A DNA stretch of 64,000 bases from Nitrospirota bacterium (lineage in GTDB: Bacteria > Nitrospirota > UBA9217). This document shows positions 10,683 to 20,674 of this stretch, piece after piece (position 1 is the stretch's first letter; each line of letters starts with the position of its first letter). A model generated the notes under the pieces. That model had not been told where the DNA came from. It did not search any database and saw only the letters and a program-made list of their open reading frames with translations. The stretch is from NCBI GenBank assembly GCA_963845065.1, contig CAWJQQ010000001.1:96001-160000 (forward strand), given 5' to 3'. A program made the position numbers and the translations under genes.

Positions 10683-12116
10683 TCACTGCTGAAAGCAATA
10701 TAGACGCGCAGTATTCGTGCAAACATAAGAGCCATCGCTCGTCCACTCTGAATTTGGATATTGTAAATACCCAACTGCACCCGAATAGCCGGATGTACCG
10801 GAGGTCCAATTGTTGCAGTCGTTGGTTGAAATGCTGGTTACAGCTGTACCATTAGCATTTGTACCCGTCCACACATACGATGCAGCTACGGCAACCCCGT
10901 TTTGGTCATGCATGATAGCGTTTTGGAGTGTCCCTGAAGTCAACTGAGTCCAATTATTCGCAATGACTGTGCCGTCTAGAGTGACGTAGGGGATGGTATT
11001 CTGCGTAAATCTTGTCGATGGAGACGTGGCAGCGTCCGATAACCACGCCAACCAGTTACCGGTTAAACCAGCGCTTTGAGCGAAAGACAAACAACCCGCA
11101 TCACCTCCCGCTGCCCCGACCGGTTGACTCGAACTCCATGTAAAAGTTTCGCTTGTCACGAATACCAATTTGATCGGCGAAAAAATCGCGTACAGCGTAA
11201 CATTTGCTGAACCCATCGCAAAGGTCTGCCCCACCGTATAAGCCGTTCCGGATCCGTTGGCCTCCGTGTTCCAGTTCATGAATAACTCCTCGGCTTTGAT
11301 GAGATTGCATGTATATCCCTTCACAGTGACGGTCTGGCTCGTCAAGTAGTGGGTCCCATCAGTCGGGGCTGTGCAGGCGGTAAGGCCGTTGCCGTTATAA
11401 GTAACGGTAAATGTAGGTTGTACTGTCCAGAGAGCGTACAAGGTAACACTTGCTGAGCCCATCGTGAAGGTCTGCCCCGCCGTATAGGTCGTTCCGGTTC
11501 CGTTAGCCTGCGTGTTCCAGCCAGTGAAGGTATCTCCGGTTTTCGCGAGGTTGCCATTCCCGAGCACCGTGACAGTCTGCCCAATGTCGTATTTGTTAGA
11601 ATCGACCGGAACGCTGCCGCTGGTGCTGCCGTTGCCGCTATAGGTCACCGTGAGAAGACCGCTTCCGGATGTCTTCGTTATGGTTCCCGTCGAAGTTCCG
11701 GTGCAAGTCGCCGTGGGTGTGATACACTGCCAGCTCGAAGTGTAACTCCCGGCAGTCTCAGAACTTAGCGTAATGGTGACTGATTCTGGGTGCGTCCCGT
11801 TGCAGTTAGAACCAGGCGCGTTACTGCTCGAATACGTTATCACATTTCCGCTTATCGTGGCGGTGAATTGGTCTCCTTGAGAGTCCGTCGCATTGAGAGT
11901 ATTGCCCGATTGAGTATTTACAGTAAATGTGTTCGAATTTAGCGTGCAGCAGGACTGAGGCTGACAATTCGTATCAGCTTGTTTCCACGCACCTGCTATA
12001 TCATTATATGCCGCGGGCTGCAACGAGCTCCCACCTCCGCCTCCACCCCCGCCGCAGTCGCCAAGCAGAACCACCGTCGAAAGAACCAGAATCAAAATAC
12101 CGAAGAATCGTTTCAT
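10683..12116 (-). CDS. Surface protein with two InlB B (Listeria-Bacteroides) repeats and a DUF1554/lectin-like C-terminal domain
   Basis: TVTYxGNG...FTGWNTQANGTGTTY..VTLYA repeats; C-terminal FVTS..C..WLAWLS..WTGT..C..W..C..LYCFQQ. Confidence 0.85.
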   Translation of the reverse strand: MKRFFGILILVLSTVVLLGDCGGGGGGGGSSLQPAAYNDIAGAWKQADTNCQPQSCCTLNSNTFTVNTQSGNTLNATDSQGDQFTATISGNVITYSSSNAPGSNCNGTHPESVTITLSSETAGSYTSSWQCITPTATCTGTSTGTITKTSGSGLLTVTYSGNGSTSGSVPVDSNKYDIGQTVTVLGNGNLAKTGDTFTGWNTQANGTGTTYTAGQTFTMGSASVTLYALWTVQPTFTVTYNGNGLTACTAPTDGTHYLTSQTVTVKGYTCNLIKAEELFMNWNTEANGSGTAYTVGQTFAMGSANVTLYAIFSPIKLVFVTSETFTWSSSQPVGAAGGDAGCLSFAQSAGLTGNWLAWLSDAATSPSTRFTQNTIPYVTLDGTVIANNWTQLTSGTLQNAIMHDQNGVAVAASYVWTGTNANGTAVTSISTNDCNNWTSGTSGYSGAVGYLQYPNSEWTSDGSYVCTNTARLYCFQQ

Positions 12117-12248
12117 GATTTCCTCCTATCTGATACTGCCGTATTGCCCAGCGCTACTGTAGCGCAATGCCTTCTGGGCCTCTCAAAACCGTGCTTGCGG
12201 AAGATGTGCTAACGACCAGTTTATGATACCAAGAATTTTGCGGCTTTA

Positions 12249-14267
12249 TTATTTTGGTGATTTCTTTATAGAACCGGTACCAATTTCTGCCCAGTAAACA
12301 CTAGTGGAATCAACGGCAATGCCAAAGGGGAAATTAAGCCCGGCAGCAATGGTCGCCACAGTCCCGCCGTTTTTGCTTACCATTTTTACGTTACCGCTAG
12401 TATATTCTGTCCAATAAACATTATTAGAATCAATTGCAATGCCATTTGCACCATTCGCAGAGGCAAGTGTAGTAACAGTTCCACCATTTATACTGACTGC
12501 ATATAAATACCCAGAGGCGTCTGTCCAATATACGTTATTTGAATCTACAGCAATCGCATTGGCAGAATAGTTGGCTGCTGTAAGCGATGAAGATGCCGCT
12601 CCTGATTTGAGAGACTTAATTATATGCGTAGCGCAGAAATATATAGTTGTGGAGTCTTCAGCAAAACCCGGTGCCGCAGTAGTATAGTTTTCTCCTAAAA
12701 GGCTTGGAGTCCCACCATTTAATCCTACGTTGGAAATTCCTGCATATCCAAAGGATCCCGATTTCAGAGTTCCAAGCCACCAAACGTTTGTGGTATCTAC
12801 GACAATTTGACCGAATCCAACTGACGTCTCCGCCCATATCCCGTCATAGCCTTCATTAATGGGGTCAGTGTAAGGTGCTAATAATGTTATGGACCCACCA
12901 ATTATGGGTGCTTTTTCTACATTTCCATTTGGATAACCAGTTGTAGTAAAATATACGCTGGTTGAATCTATAGTAAAGCCAATTATCTTCTGAGTATTAG
13001 TAGAACTTGACACAATGGTTGTTATCGCCCCTCCGTTAGTTGGCATTTTCTTTATAGTGTAGATTTCATTCCAATAGATATTGCCATTGGAATCAAGTGC
13101 AATATTCATATTGGTAGGTGAACTAAGTCCTGATGCAAGAATCAGTGGAGGTGTAGCGCTGACTTGAACGGATGCTAGACTTTCACCGTTTGAATCCACT
13201 GCTGTTATAATGTAATAATAAGTTGTACCGGCAGTTAGTCCGGTATGAGTATACGTCGTGCTTGTAATATTGGATATTAAAGTACCTGTAGATTTAGAAA
13301 CTCCTGATGTTGTAGACCAATAGAGATTATATGAGGTAGCATTAGCTACAGGATTCCAGCTTAAGCTAACCTGATTGTTTCCAGCGATTGCGGTAAGACC
13401 AGTGGGTGCGCTGGAGGCAGAAGCTACCCACTTTGCATACAGAGTGACATTTGCCGAACCCATTATAAAGGTCTGCGCCTGCGTATAGGTCGTACCAGTC
13501 CCATTAGACAGTGTGTTCCACCCTGCGAAAGAATACCCAGTATTTACGAGGTTTCCTGTATTGCCGAGCACTGTAACTGTCTGGCCTTGCTCGTAGTTAG
13601 TTGTGTCAATAGGGACGTTGCCGCCGGTATTGCCGTTGCCGCCATAAGTTACAGTGTATGTGGTATTAGTAGTCCACTTTGCATACAGAGTGACATTTGC
13701 CGAACCCATTATAAAGGTCTGCCCTTGAGTATAGGTGATTCCGGATCCGTTAACCTGCGTGCTCCATCCTATGAAAGAATACCCGGGATTTACGAGACTT
13801 CCTGTATTTCCGAGCACTGTAACTGTCTGGCCTTGCTCGTAGTTAGTTGCGTCAATGGGGACGTTGCCGCCGGTATTGCCGTTGCCGCTATAAGTTACAG
13901 TGTATGTGGTATTAGCAGTCCACTTTGCATACAGAGTGACATTTGCCGAACCCATTATAAAGGTCTGCGCCTGCGTATAGGTCGTTCCTAACCCGTTCGC
14001 CTGCGTGTTCCAGCCTGCGAAAGAATACCCGGGATGTACGAGGCCGCCTGTGTTGCCAAGTACTGTGACGGTCTGATCCTGCTGATAATCGGTTGAGTCA
14101 ATCGGCACTCTGCCGCCGGTATTGCCATTACCAATATAGGTTACGGAATATGTTGACGAGCTGTTACTGTTCGGAGTCGCACTCCCACCACTGCCTCCCG
14201 CGCTGCACGCGGCGAGCATTGCCCCCGAACATAGAACGACTAATAGTGCGCTCAACAATCTTCTCAT
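12249..14267 (-). CDS. Lipoprotein with three InlB B-repeats, an FN3 domain and a beta-propeller
   Basis: LAAC lipobox; three ~82-aa repeats; APTGLTA..LSW..Y..YYYIITA (FN3); IAVDSxxVYW blades. Start moved to the ATG after AAGGAG. Confidence 0.9.
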   Translation of the reverse strand: MRRLLSALLVVLCSGAMLAACSAGGSGGSATPNSNSSSTYSVTYIGNGNTGGRVPIDSTDYQQDQTVTVLGNTGGLVHPGYSFAGWNTQANGLGTTYTQAQTFIMGSANVTLYAKWTANTTYTVTYSGNGNTGGNVPIDATNYEQGQTVTVLGNTGSLVNPGYSFIGWSTQVNGSGITYTQGQTFIMGSANVTLYAKWTTNTTYTVTYGGNGNTGGNVPIDTTNYEQGQTVTVLGNTGNLVNTGYSFAGWNTLSNGTGTTYTQAQTFIMGSANVTLYAKWVASASSAPTGLTAIAGNNQVSLSWNPVANATSYNLYWSTTSGVSKSTGTLISNITSTTYTHTGLTAGTTYYYIITAVDSNGESLASVQVSATPPLILASGLSSPTNMNIALDSNGNIYWNEIYTIKKMPTNGGAITTIVSSSTNTQKIIGFTIDSTSVYFTTTGYPNGNVEKAPIIGGSITLLAPYTDPINEGYDGIWAETSVGFGQIVVDTTNVWWLGTLKSGSFGYAGISNVGLNGGTPSLLGENYTTAAPGFAEDSTTIYFCATHIIKSLKSGAASSSLTAANYSANAIAVDSNNVYWTDASGYLYAVSINGGTVTTLASANGANGIAIDSNNVYWTEYTSGNVKMVSKNGGTVATIAAGLNFPFGIAVDSTSVYWAEIGTGSIKKSPK
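13425..14150. repeat. Three tandem ~246-bp intragenic repeats (B-repeats)
   Basis: CACTTTGCATACAGAGTGACATTTGCCGAACCCATTATAAAGG recurs at ~13429, 13675 and 13921. Confidence 0.9.
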
Positions 14268-14447
14268 CACAATTCTCCTTAAAAATAGAATGCGTTTTCT
14301 CAAGGCAAGCAATATAAAACGCTAAGAAAATAATTGAAGGTTAACCGTATATTGTCCCTGCCACTGTAATACAATACTTCCATTTACGCTTAGATCACTA
14401 TGTACCTCTCTTCCCCATAAAGCATACATGCACAAATTTTGTGCTGT

Positions 14448-17369
14448 TTACCATCTGATCCCCACGCCTATCTGCGGATTGCCGTTCTGGGTCATGAAAA
14501 CAAACGTGCTGCCGTCAGCGATCACGCTCCCGATCTGCCCTTCGCTCGTTGTGAAGATTCCGTCCACCGCAACCGAGTACGTGCCGGATTTTGAAACCGT
14601 AGATAAGGTCCCGTCGGTGTTTCGCATGCTCGTATAAGTGTAGCCTCCTACGCCGTCGAAGGTGATCGTATCAAATTCGTCCCTGAATCCCGATGGGCTC
14701 GGTAACGGGGTGCCCTGAGCCGGCGTCACGTTCTGGAGCGCAGATTCGTTGAATGAATACGCCACACACGCGTAGTCCCCAGTGAGGCTTGCGTTGCTGA
14801 AACTCCCGCCATTATTTATCCCCATACCAATATGCGGATTGCCGTTCTGGGTCATGAAAACAAACGTGCTGCCGTTAGCGAGCACGCTCCCGGTCTGTCC
14901 TTCGCTCGTTGTGAAGGTTCCGTCCGCCGCAACCGAGTACGTGCCGGAACTTGAAACCGTAGATAAGGTCCCATCGGTGTTTTGCGTCATCGTATAAGTG
15001 TAGACTCCCGCGCCGTCGAAGGTGATCGTGCCAAAATCGGCACTGAATCCCAATGGGCTCGGTAACGGGGTGCCCTGAGCCGGCGTCGCGTTCTGGGGCG
15101 TAGACGCCTTGAATGAATACTCCACATACGCGTAGCCGCCAGTAAGGCTTGCGTTGTTGAAAATTCCTCTATTTAATATTCCCACGCCTATCTGCGGATT
15201 GCCGCTCAAGGTCATTAAAACAGTTGTGTTGCCGTCAGCGAGCAAGCTCCCGGTCAGTCCTTCGCTCGTTGTGAAGTTTCCGTCCCCCTCAATCACGTAC
15301 GTTCCGATACCTGAACTCGTAGATAAGGTTCCGTCGGTGTTTCGCGTCTTCGTATAAGCGTAGCCTCCCACGCCGTCGAAGGTGATCGTTTCAAAATCGT
15401 CCCTGAATCCCAATGGGCTTGGTAACGGGGTGTCCTGAGCCGGCGTCGCGTTCTGGGGCGTAGATTCGTTGAATGAATACGCCACTGCCGTGTAGCTGCC
15501 ACAAAGGGGTAATAGTACAGTTTCACGCAGGAATCCTGTATATCCTGTGGAAATGCCCCACTCTTGAGACCCGTCTGCAACAGATCCAGTAGCGGCTGAC
15601 ACGATGGTTACTAGTTCTGCACTGCACGTTCCTGAAGGAATTGAAAGCGTCGGACTCCCGTAAAGAACAAGGTTATCACTGTTAAATCTCCCATTAGTGA
15701 TCGGTGCATACCCGATATAACCTCCATTTATATAGAAATATGCGCCTGATGTTGTATCTGTCGCGTCACTCTGGACACTGCCATTAACGACAATGTTTCT
15801 AGACGGATCAACAGCATAAGTATTATCTGGATAATCAGAAGCCGGCTGTCCGTCTACGTAAGCAATGGTGGTGAGGGTGGGGATAGTGTTAAAATATTTA
15901 TCTGGCCATCCACTTTGTGCAGATGTCAATATATTTTGAAGTGTCGTTGTAGAGAAGTGATTAGATATCGCATCGAACGTGAACAGTGTGTATGTCACGG
16001 TGGGACTTGAGTAGACCCTACCGTTCGCGAAAGAGGCTTGCTGAAATGGCCAGATGTATGGCTGAAACTTTTGTCTCATGATGTCATACGTGATTGTATT
16101 ATTTGTGATGGGCCAAGTGGGGTCGTAGATTAGGAAACTCCCGAGGGTTGAGCCATTGAGTGGAGGGGAGTAGCCATACACGAGTACAGAGTGTGAGAAT
16201 CCATAGTCATACCAGTTTCTGATTTGATAGAGGGTCAATAGTTGCGGAGTATTTTCCTTTTGAAGCGTTTGTAGTAGCGTGTTTGCCGTCATGGAATCGA
16301 CGACGTTGGGTGCCATGTAGCTGCTATTGCCTGGAGTAACCGGCAGGTTAGTAACGTACACGTTGTCTTCATACGTAAGAATGTAGGTATCAAAAATGAG
16401 TTCTCGAGCAATATCTTGCTCAATGGGATTCGACATGTATGGACTCGTTTCACCAAAATAGTAGTTGTAGAGATGTTGAGACGGCGATCCAACTATGTGA
16501 TTTTCAAGCTTATTGAAGTAAAATGCGGCGAAAGATGTCATACCATAGCATAAACCACCAGCACCAAATGTAGCAAGTGAAACGTCAACGCTTTGCGTGG
16601 TGAAGTTGTTCACCGCAAAACCGTCTAAGCTTGGAGCAAAACCACCGTTTAAACCTGCAAGTGCGCCGCCGACCATGCCGTTGCCCGCGATCGGCACGGA
16701 TATGGTTCCGGTTGTGATTAGCGCATTAATAAAAGTTGATACAATGAAGGATGTAAAGTGCTTCGTATTAAATGTGATGGTACCTGCGGCCCGATCAAGC
16801 CCGACCACCTGCACGGCCTCATACTGACCGAGAATGGGATCCCAGTAGTCGACTATAGGAATCCCGGTCTGGCTTAATAAAGTCGTATTGTAGGGAACCG
16901 TCACCTGAACAATGGAGGCGAATGGAGTTGTAGCTGTCTGGGTAAGCTCGATGGTCTCGGAGACAACGGTGACCCCGGCGGCAACAGCATCCGGATCAAG
17001 AGGGCCTGGGAGAGTATCCGTGTATCCGATCGAAATCGTGTTCGTACCGTTTGTTCCCAGCGTATTTGCAGGAATGTATATCGTCGTGCCGTGCAGTGCA
17101 TTGCCCGGCGATTGGATGATAATTGTTGAATTTTTCGTTACGTCCACAGCTTGAGTCGCGATCACACCGGGTCCGGTACTTACGGAAGGTGTGTAAGTAA
17201 CAGAGCTAATTACATTGCTTCCTCCATTACCTCCGCCACTGGAGCACGCGGCCAGTAAGAACACCACTACAAGCAGTTCTACCTGAATTAGTCTCGCGAA
17301 GAACTTCCGTCGTTTTTTTATTTGCTTGAAGTCGAAGGACCCCATAAATATATTGATCATCTTTTTCAT
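14448..17369 (-). CDS. Large lipoprotein: ZU5-like region, putative papain-like domain, three C-terminal ~120-aa repeats
   Basis: LAAC lipobox; TKHFTSF; GLCYGM / HSVLVYGY / IYDPTWP; AGGAGG RBS before the ATG at 17369. Confidence 0.85.
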   Translation of the reverse strand: MKKMINIFMGSFDFKQIKKRRKFFARLIQVELLVVVFLLAACSSGGGNGGSNVISSVTYTPSVSTGPGVIATQAVDVTKNSTIIIQSPGNALHGTTIYIPANTLGTNGTNTISIGYTDTLPGPLDPDAVAAGVTVVSETIELTQTATTPFASIVQVTVPYNTTLLSQTGIPIVDYWDPILGQYEAVQVVGLDRAAGTITFNTKHFTSFIVSTFINALITTGTISVPIAGNGMVGGALAGLNGGFAPSLDGFAVNNFTTQSVDVSLATFGAGGLCYGMTSFAAFYFNKLENHIVGSPSQHLYNYYFGETSPYMSNPIEQDIARELIFDTYILTYEDNVYVTNLPVTPGNSSYMAPNVVDSMTANTLLQTLQKENTPQLLTLYQIRNWYDYGFSHSVLVYGYSPPLNGSTLGSFLIYDPTWPITNNTITYDIMRQKFQPYIWPFQQASFANGRVYSSPTVTYTLFTFDAISNHFSTTTLQNILTSAQSGWPDKYFNTIPTLTTIAYVDGQPASDYPDNTYAVDPSRNIVVNGSVQSDATDTTSGAYFYINGGYIGYAPITNGRFNSDNLVLYGSPTLSIPSGTCSAELVTIVSAATGSVADGSQEWGISTGYTGFLRETVLLPLCGSYTAVAYSFNESTPQNATPAQDTPLPSPLGFRDDFETITFDGVGGYAYTKTRNTDGTLSTSSGIGTYVIEGDGNFTTSEGLTGSLLADGNTTVLMTLSGNPQIGVGILNRGIFNNASLTGGYAYVEYSFKASTPQNATPAQGTPLPSPLGFSADFGTITFDGAGVYTYTMTQNTDGTLSTVSSSGTYSVAADGTFTTSEGQTGSVLANGSTFVFMTQNGNPHIGMGINNGGSFSNASLTGDYACVAYSFNESALQNVTPAQGTPLPSPSGFRDEFDTITFDGVGGYTYTSMRNTDGTLSTVSKSGTYSVAVDGIFTTSEGQIGSVIADGSTFVFMTQNGNPQIGVGIRW
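14455..15500. repeat. Three tandem ~360-bp intragenic repeats
   Basis: TGCGGATTGCCG and GGTAACGGGGTG..CTGAGCCGGCGTC recur with a 360-bp period. Confidence 0.9.
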
Positions 17370-17576
17370 AACATCCTCCTTGAGGAGATTATGCAGGTTT
17401 CGCAATTTGATGATGCAACCTAGCGCTTTGTCATAATTCTAAAGGTCGTTAAAAAATTGTGATTGAGTTCTTATGCCGTAATTCCCGTCTAAAAAAACTT
17501 TTTAATCCACAATCGGCAATCTGTCTTACATCCTGTTCCCACTCGCATTTCCATATTGCATGATCGGGCGATAAAT

Positions 17577-17686
17577 AAAAAAGCCGAGCACATCAAAGGC
17601 AGCATCCTTCGGCAGCTCGACCGTCTTGGTTTTTTAAGACCCGTGGTTTTCCGTCCCCCTCTTGCGAAGGGTTTAGTTTATCGTGA
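17577..17686 (-). promoter_or_regulatory. GEMM-I (c-di-GMP-I family, possibly 3',3'-cGAMP variant) riboswitch with terminator
   Basis: CGATAAACTAAACCCTTCGCAAGAGGGGGACGGAAAACCACGGGTCTT...AAGACGGTCGAGCTGCCGAA, then CTCGGCTTTTTT; upstream of the lipoprotein cluster. Confidence 0.85.
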
Positions 17687-18115
17687 TAGATTATTTATCA
17701 CAAGAAAATGGAACGCAATATATGTACGTATTCTGATATTTAATTTTTTTACGAAATGGAGTAAGTTATTCTAAAAATCTACTACTATTGTAGCACAGAA
17801 ATAAAAATCGCAATGGGGTATTTTTTGGGTATTGCATAAAATAACAATGATGAGCGGGTTTAACAGACAAGAATCAATAAGGATTGTGACGACATCTTCA
17901 CGTCGTACTCAATCCATAATTCAAGAAGCCCGGAGCGGCAGGATGATGACCGATGGTCTCTATATATAGGGTAATGCTTCGAGGGGTCGTTTTTGGTTAA
18001 AGCCTGAATGGGCAGTTTATGGAGAGTGAGAGCTCGTGTCGGTCTGATTATAAAAAAACAAACGTGATTCCCATTATACTCACACGCAGAAATCATCGCC
18101 TGATCCGCTCGCGCG

Positions 18116-18157
18116 GCCGAACGGGAGCGTTGACCCGCAGATGATGCCTGCGGGATC
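18116..18157 (-). other. Partial attC (right half)
   Basis: Minus strand: CCCGCAG..CTGCGGG-TCAAC-GCTCCC-GTTCGGC; the left half is replaced by the IS91 element end. Confidence 0.45.
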
Positions 18158-18196
18158 TTACACGAGAAACACGTGGTGAATCAAAATCGTCGGATG

Positions 18197-19297
18197 CTAT
18201 CCGGCGCGTGCCAGGTGCTGCGGCGGCGGAGAAATCGAAATCACTTTGAGAAAGCCACCGCAGCACCCGCATGTTGGATGAGGCATTGGGGGCGTCTGTT
18301 CGACTTCAGACATCGTCACCTCAAATCCATAAGCCAGCTCAATCAGCGTCCTGATGTTCTCAAGCGGGACTTTGCAGGTCGGGCTTAAGAAGCCGTAATA
18401 TCGCACCTTCATGAACCCCGTCGGTAGAACGTGCTGGAGGAAGCGACGCATAAATTCCATCACCTCAAGTTCCAGCGTTCTCCAGCGATTGCTATTGGTC
18501 TTTTTGTAATGAATGAAGATCTGACGATTCTCGACTTTCACGATCCGGCTGTTGGACAAGGCTACCCGAAAGACATAGGGGGCAAGATACTTGAGACTCC
18601 CTTCGCTGTCGCCCACGGCTTGCGAGTTCACGTTCCAGTCGATGCGCCAGACCTCTTCGGGGATTTGATCAAAAAGGCCTGCTTTTTTCATCTCATCCTT
18701 GAACTTCGCCCGGAAAATGGGAGATAGCGCTTGGACCGGCACATAGAAACCGGTTCCTGACGGTTTCCATGTTTTATCCTCGGACGAAAACGCCCCACCT
18801 ACGACGATATAGTGGACATGGGGGTGAAACTCCAGTGTTCTGCCCCATGTGTGCAGGACCCCGAAGAAGCCCGGCAGATCGCCGCCCATGAACTTGGGGT
18901 CGAGAACCAGCTTTTTCATAGCCGCTGAAGAAGCAGAAAACAAGGCAGCATAAGCTGCTCGTTGATTGCCTCTGATGAACCGACGAATCTGCTCGGGCAC
19001 CGTGAACGTGATCATGAAGTGATGTCCTGGCATCCGCCGATCAATCTGTTTTTCGAGCCACTGTCGGCTCTTATGATACTGGCAGGTCGGGCAGTGACGG
19101 TTGCCGCAAGAACGATGGATGGCATGGTCTTTCCCGCAGTCTTCGCAACGGAACCAGGTCGTCCCACAAGCTGGAGTGCGGCAGTTGATAATTGCGTCTA
19201 TTGCCTTGCGATGTTCCAGAGGAATCGCTTCGCCAAACCGTGACACGTACTCCGGGGCATAGGTGCGGAAAATCTCATTGATCGTGTCCATGGTCAA
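18197..19297 (-). CDS. IS91-family (Y2/HUH) transposase
   Basis: Zinc-binding SCGNRHCPTC, LHTWG..HPHVH HUH motif, YLAPY, FLQHVLP.GF.KVRYYG. Confidence 0.95.
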   Translation of the reverse strand: MTMDTINEIFRTYAPEYVSRFGEAIPLEHRKAIDAIINCRTPACGTTWFRCEDCGKDHAIHRSCGNRHCPTCQYHKSRQWLEKQIDRRMPGHHFMITFTVPEQIRRFIRGNQRAAYAALFSASSAAMKKLVLDPKFMGGDLPGFFGVLHTWGRTLEFHPHVHYIVVGGAFSSEDKTWKPSGTGFYVPVQALSPIFRAKFKDEMKKAGLFDQIPEEVWRIDWNVNSQAVGDSEGSLKYLAPYVFRVALSNSRIVKVENRQIFIHYKKTNSNRWRTLELEVMEFMRRFLQHVLPTGFMKVRYYGFLSPTCKVPLENIRTLIELAYGFEVTMSEVEQTPPMPHPTCGCCGGFLKVISISPPPQHLARAG

Positions 19298-20169
19298 AAC
19301 CCCGTCATGAGCTGGTCGATGATTTTGTAAGCGTCTTCCTGACCCTTGGTGGTCAAATGTAGGTAAATCATCGTGGTCTCAAGGCTGGAGTGGCCCATAT
19401 ACTGCTGGATGACGCTCAGATTCACGCCGGCTTCGAGCAGGTGAGTAGCATAGGCGTGGCGAAGCGTGTGGATGGAGACGTTGCGTTTCTGAATACCCGC
19501 TGCGCGTACCGCGTTCTGAAGCGCCGCCTGCACCGTACTGTATGAAACCGGTTTCCGAATGTCCGAGCCATCTTTGTATATGCCCCGTGAGGGAAAAATC
19601 AATCGGGGGTTTTTGTGAGTGGCCCAATGCTTCCGCAAAAGAGCATACGTCGTACGGGGAAGCGGAACATAACGGTCTTTAGCGCCTTTCCCCCGGTGGA
19701 TATGGATCATCATACGGTGTTTATCGATGTCCGGGACTTCGAGGTGTAGCGCTTCCTGGAGCCGAAGGCCGCAGGAATAGACTGTGGAGAGGAAGGCGTG
19801 GTTGCGAGGAGACGTGACGCGGGAAAGGGTGGCGCGTACCTCTTCGATACTAAGCACAGTCGGAAGCCGGTGTTCAGTTTGCGCCCGAATGATGCTCAGG
19901 ATATGCCAGTCACGGCGCAGGACGTTCTCAAAGAAAAAGCGGATGCCGGCATAGCAGACAGCCATGGTTTTGGGCGCCCACTTGCGAACGTTCCTGCAAT
20001 GGAGGAAGTATTCCTGAAGCTCTTCTTCGGTGATGAGATCGGGGGTTTTGTTGCCGAAATGCTCAATGAGTAATCGGACTGCGCGTGTGTAACTTTCTTG
20101 CGTTGTGTCGCCCTTACCGCTCAGTTGCAGGGCTTCTTTGGACTTCTCGTACCAGTTTTCCATGACCAT
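19294..20169 (-). CDS. Tyrosine recombinase associated with the IS91 transposase
   Basis: SAM-like N-terminus, YSCGLR, GKGAKDR, HTLRHAYATH, MGHSSLETTMIY; overlaps the transposase start. Confidence 0.93.
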   Translation of the reverse strand: MVMENWYEKSKEALQLSGKGDTTQESYTRAVRLLIEHFGNKTPDLITEEELQEYFLHCRNVRKWAPKTMAVCYAGIRFFFENVLRRDWHILSIIRAQTEHRLPTVLSIEEVRATLSRVTSPRNHAFLSTVYSCGLRLQEALHLEVPDIDKHRMMIHIHRGKGAKDRYVPLPRTTYALLRKHWATHKNPRLIFPSRGIYKDGSDIRKPVSYSTVQAALQNAVRAAGIQKRNVSIHTLRHAYATHLLEAGVNLSVIQQYMGHSSLETTMIYLHLTTKGQEDAYKIIDQLMTGF

Positions 20170-20298
20170 ACTCTCCTTGTGCTACAAGATTGAACTGCAT
20201 TGGAGATGTATGGTAACACGGAGATTATTCAGGAAATATCAGACAAGGTGGGATGGACGCAGGATGGATGCTTTGCTCTTCTGCCGCGGAGCGGCTTA

Positions 20299-20370
20299 CT
20301 TGAATACGGAATGAAGTTGTTACTGTTGCGATGACAGGAAACTCAACAGCTTCGGACGTCTGCGTTGATC
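20299..20370 (-). other. attC-like hairpin abutting the IS91/recombinase element end
   Basis: Minus strand: GATCAAC...GAAG-CTGTTG..CAACAG..CTTC...ATTCAAG, followed by TAAGCCGCTCCGCGGCAG. Confidence 0.45.
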
Positions 20371-20462
20371 GGCTGGTCACCGTTCATAATGGTCCTGCTG
20401 TCCAGCTCGCGTAGCGTCGTTCCTGCCGAACCCCAAAGCTCGTAATTCCATCCGATACTATT

Positions 20463-20580
20463 GCCCTATAACTATCCTGATACTGTCCTGTTAAGCCAAA
20501 CCGCGTTTCTCGAGTCTTAAGCCCTTGATTTGATGGCCTTGGAAATAGCTATTTCATCCCTGGAGGTGACCTACCCAAAG
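20463..20580. repeat. Attachment-arm repeat type X, copy 2
   Basis: CTATCCTGATACTGTCCTGTTA plus IHF-type box TAAGCCCTTGATT (20518-20530). Confidence 0.75.
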
Positions 20581-20636
20581 TGTGTGATTTTTTTGCTTAT
20601 CTTATTATGAGTTCAAATAAAAGAGAATAATGATTC

Positions 20637-20669
20637 TTGACAAGTGTACCAAATATGGTACAATAAAAT
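20637..20669 (+). promoter_or_regulatory. Sigma70 promoter with overlapping TA operator palindrome
   Basis: TTGACA at 20637, palindrome TGTACCAAATATGGTACA, TACAAT -10. Confidence 0.7.
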
Positions 20670-20674
20670 TTTGC

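Noticed and set aside
14455..15500. Diversity-generating retroelement TR/VR pair
   Set aside because: The repeats are in-frame tandem domains, differences are not confined to adenines, and no RT gene is nearby.
19294..20169. Tyrosine recombinase as the integron integrase IntI
   Set aside because: It is short (291 aa), coupled to an IS91 transposase, has no attI/Pc arranged divergently, and shows no clear IntI-specific insertion.
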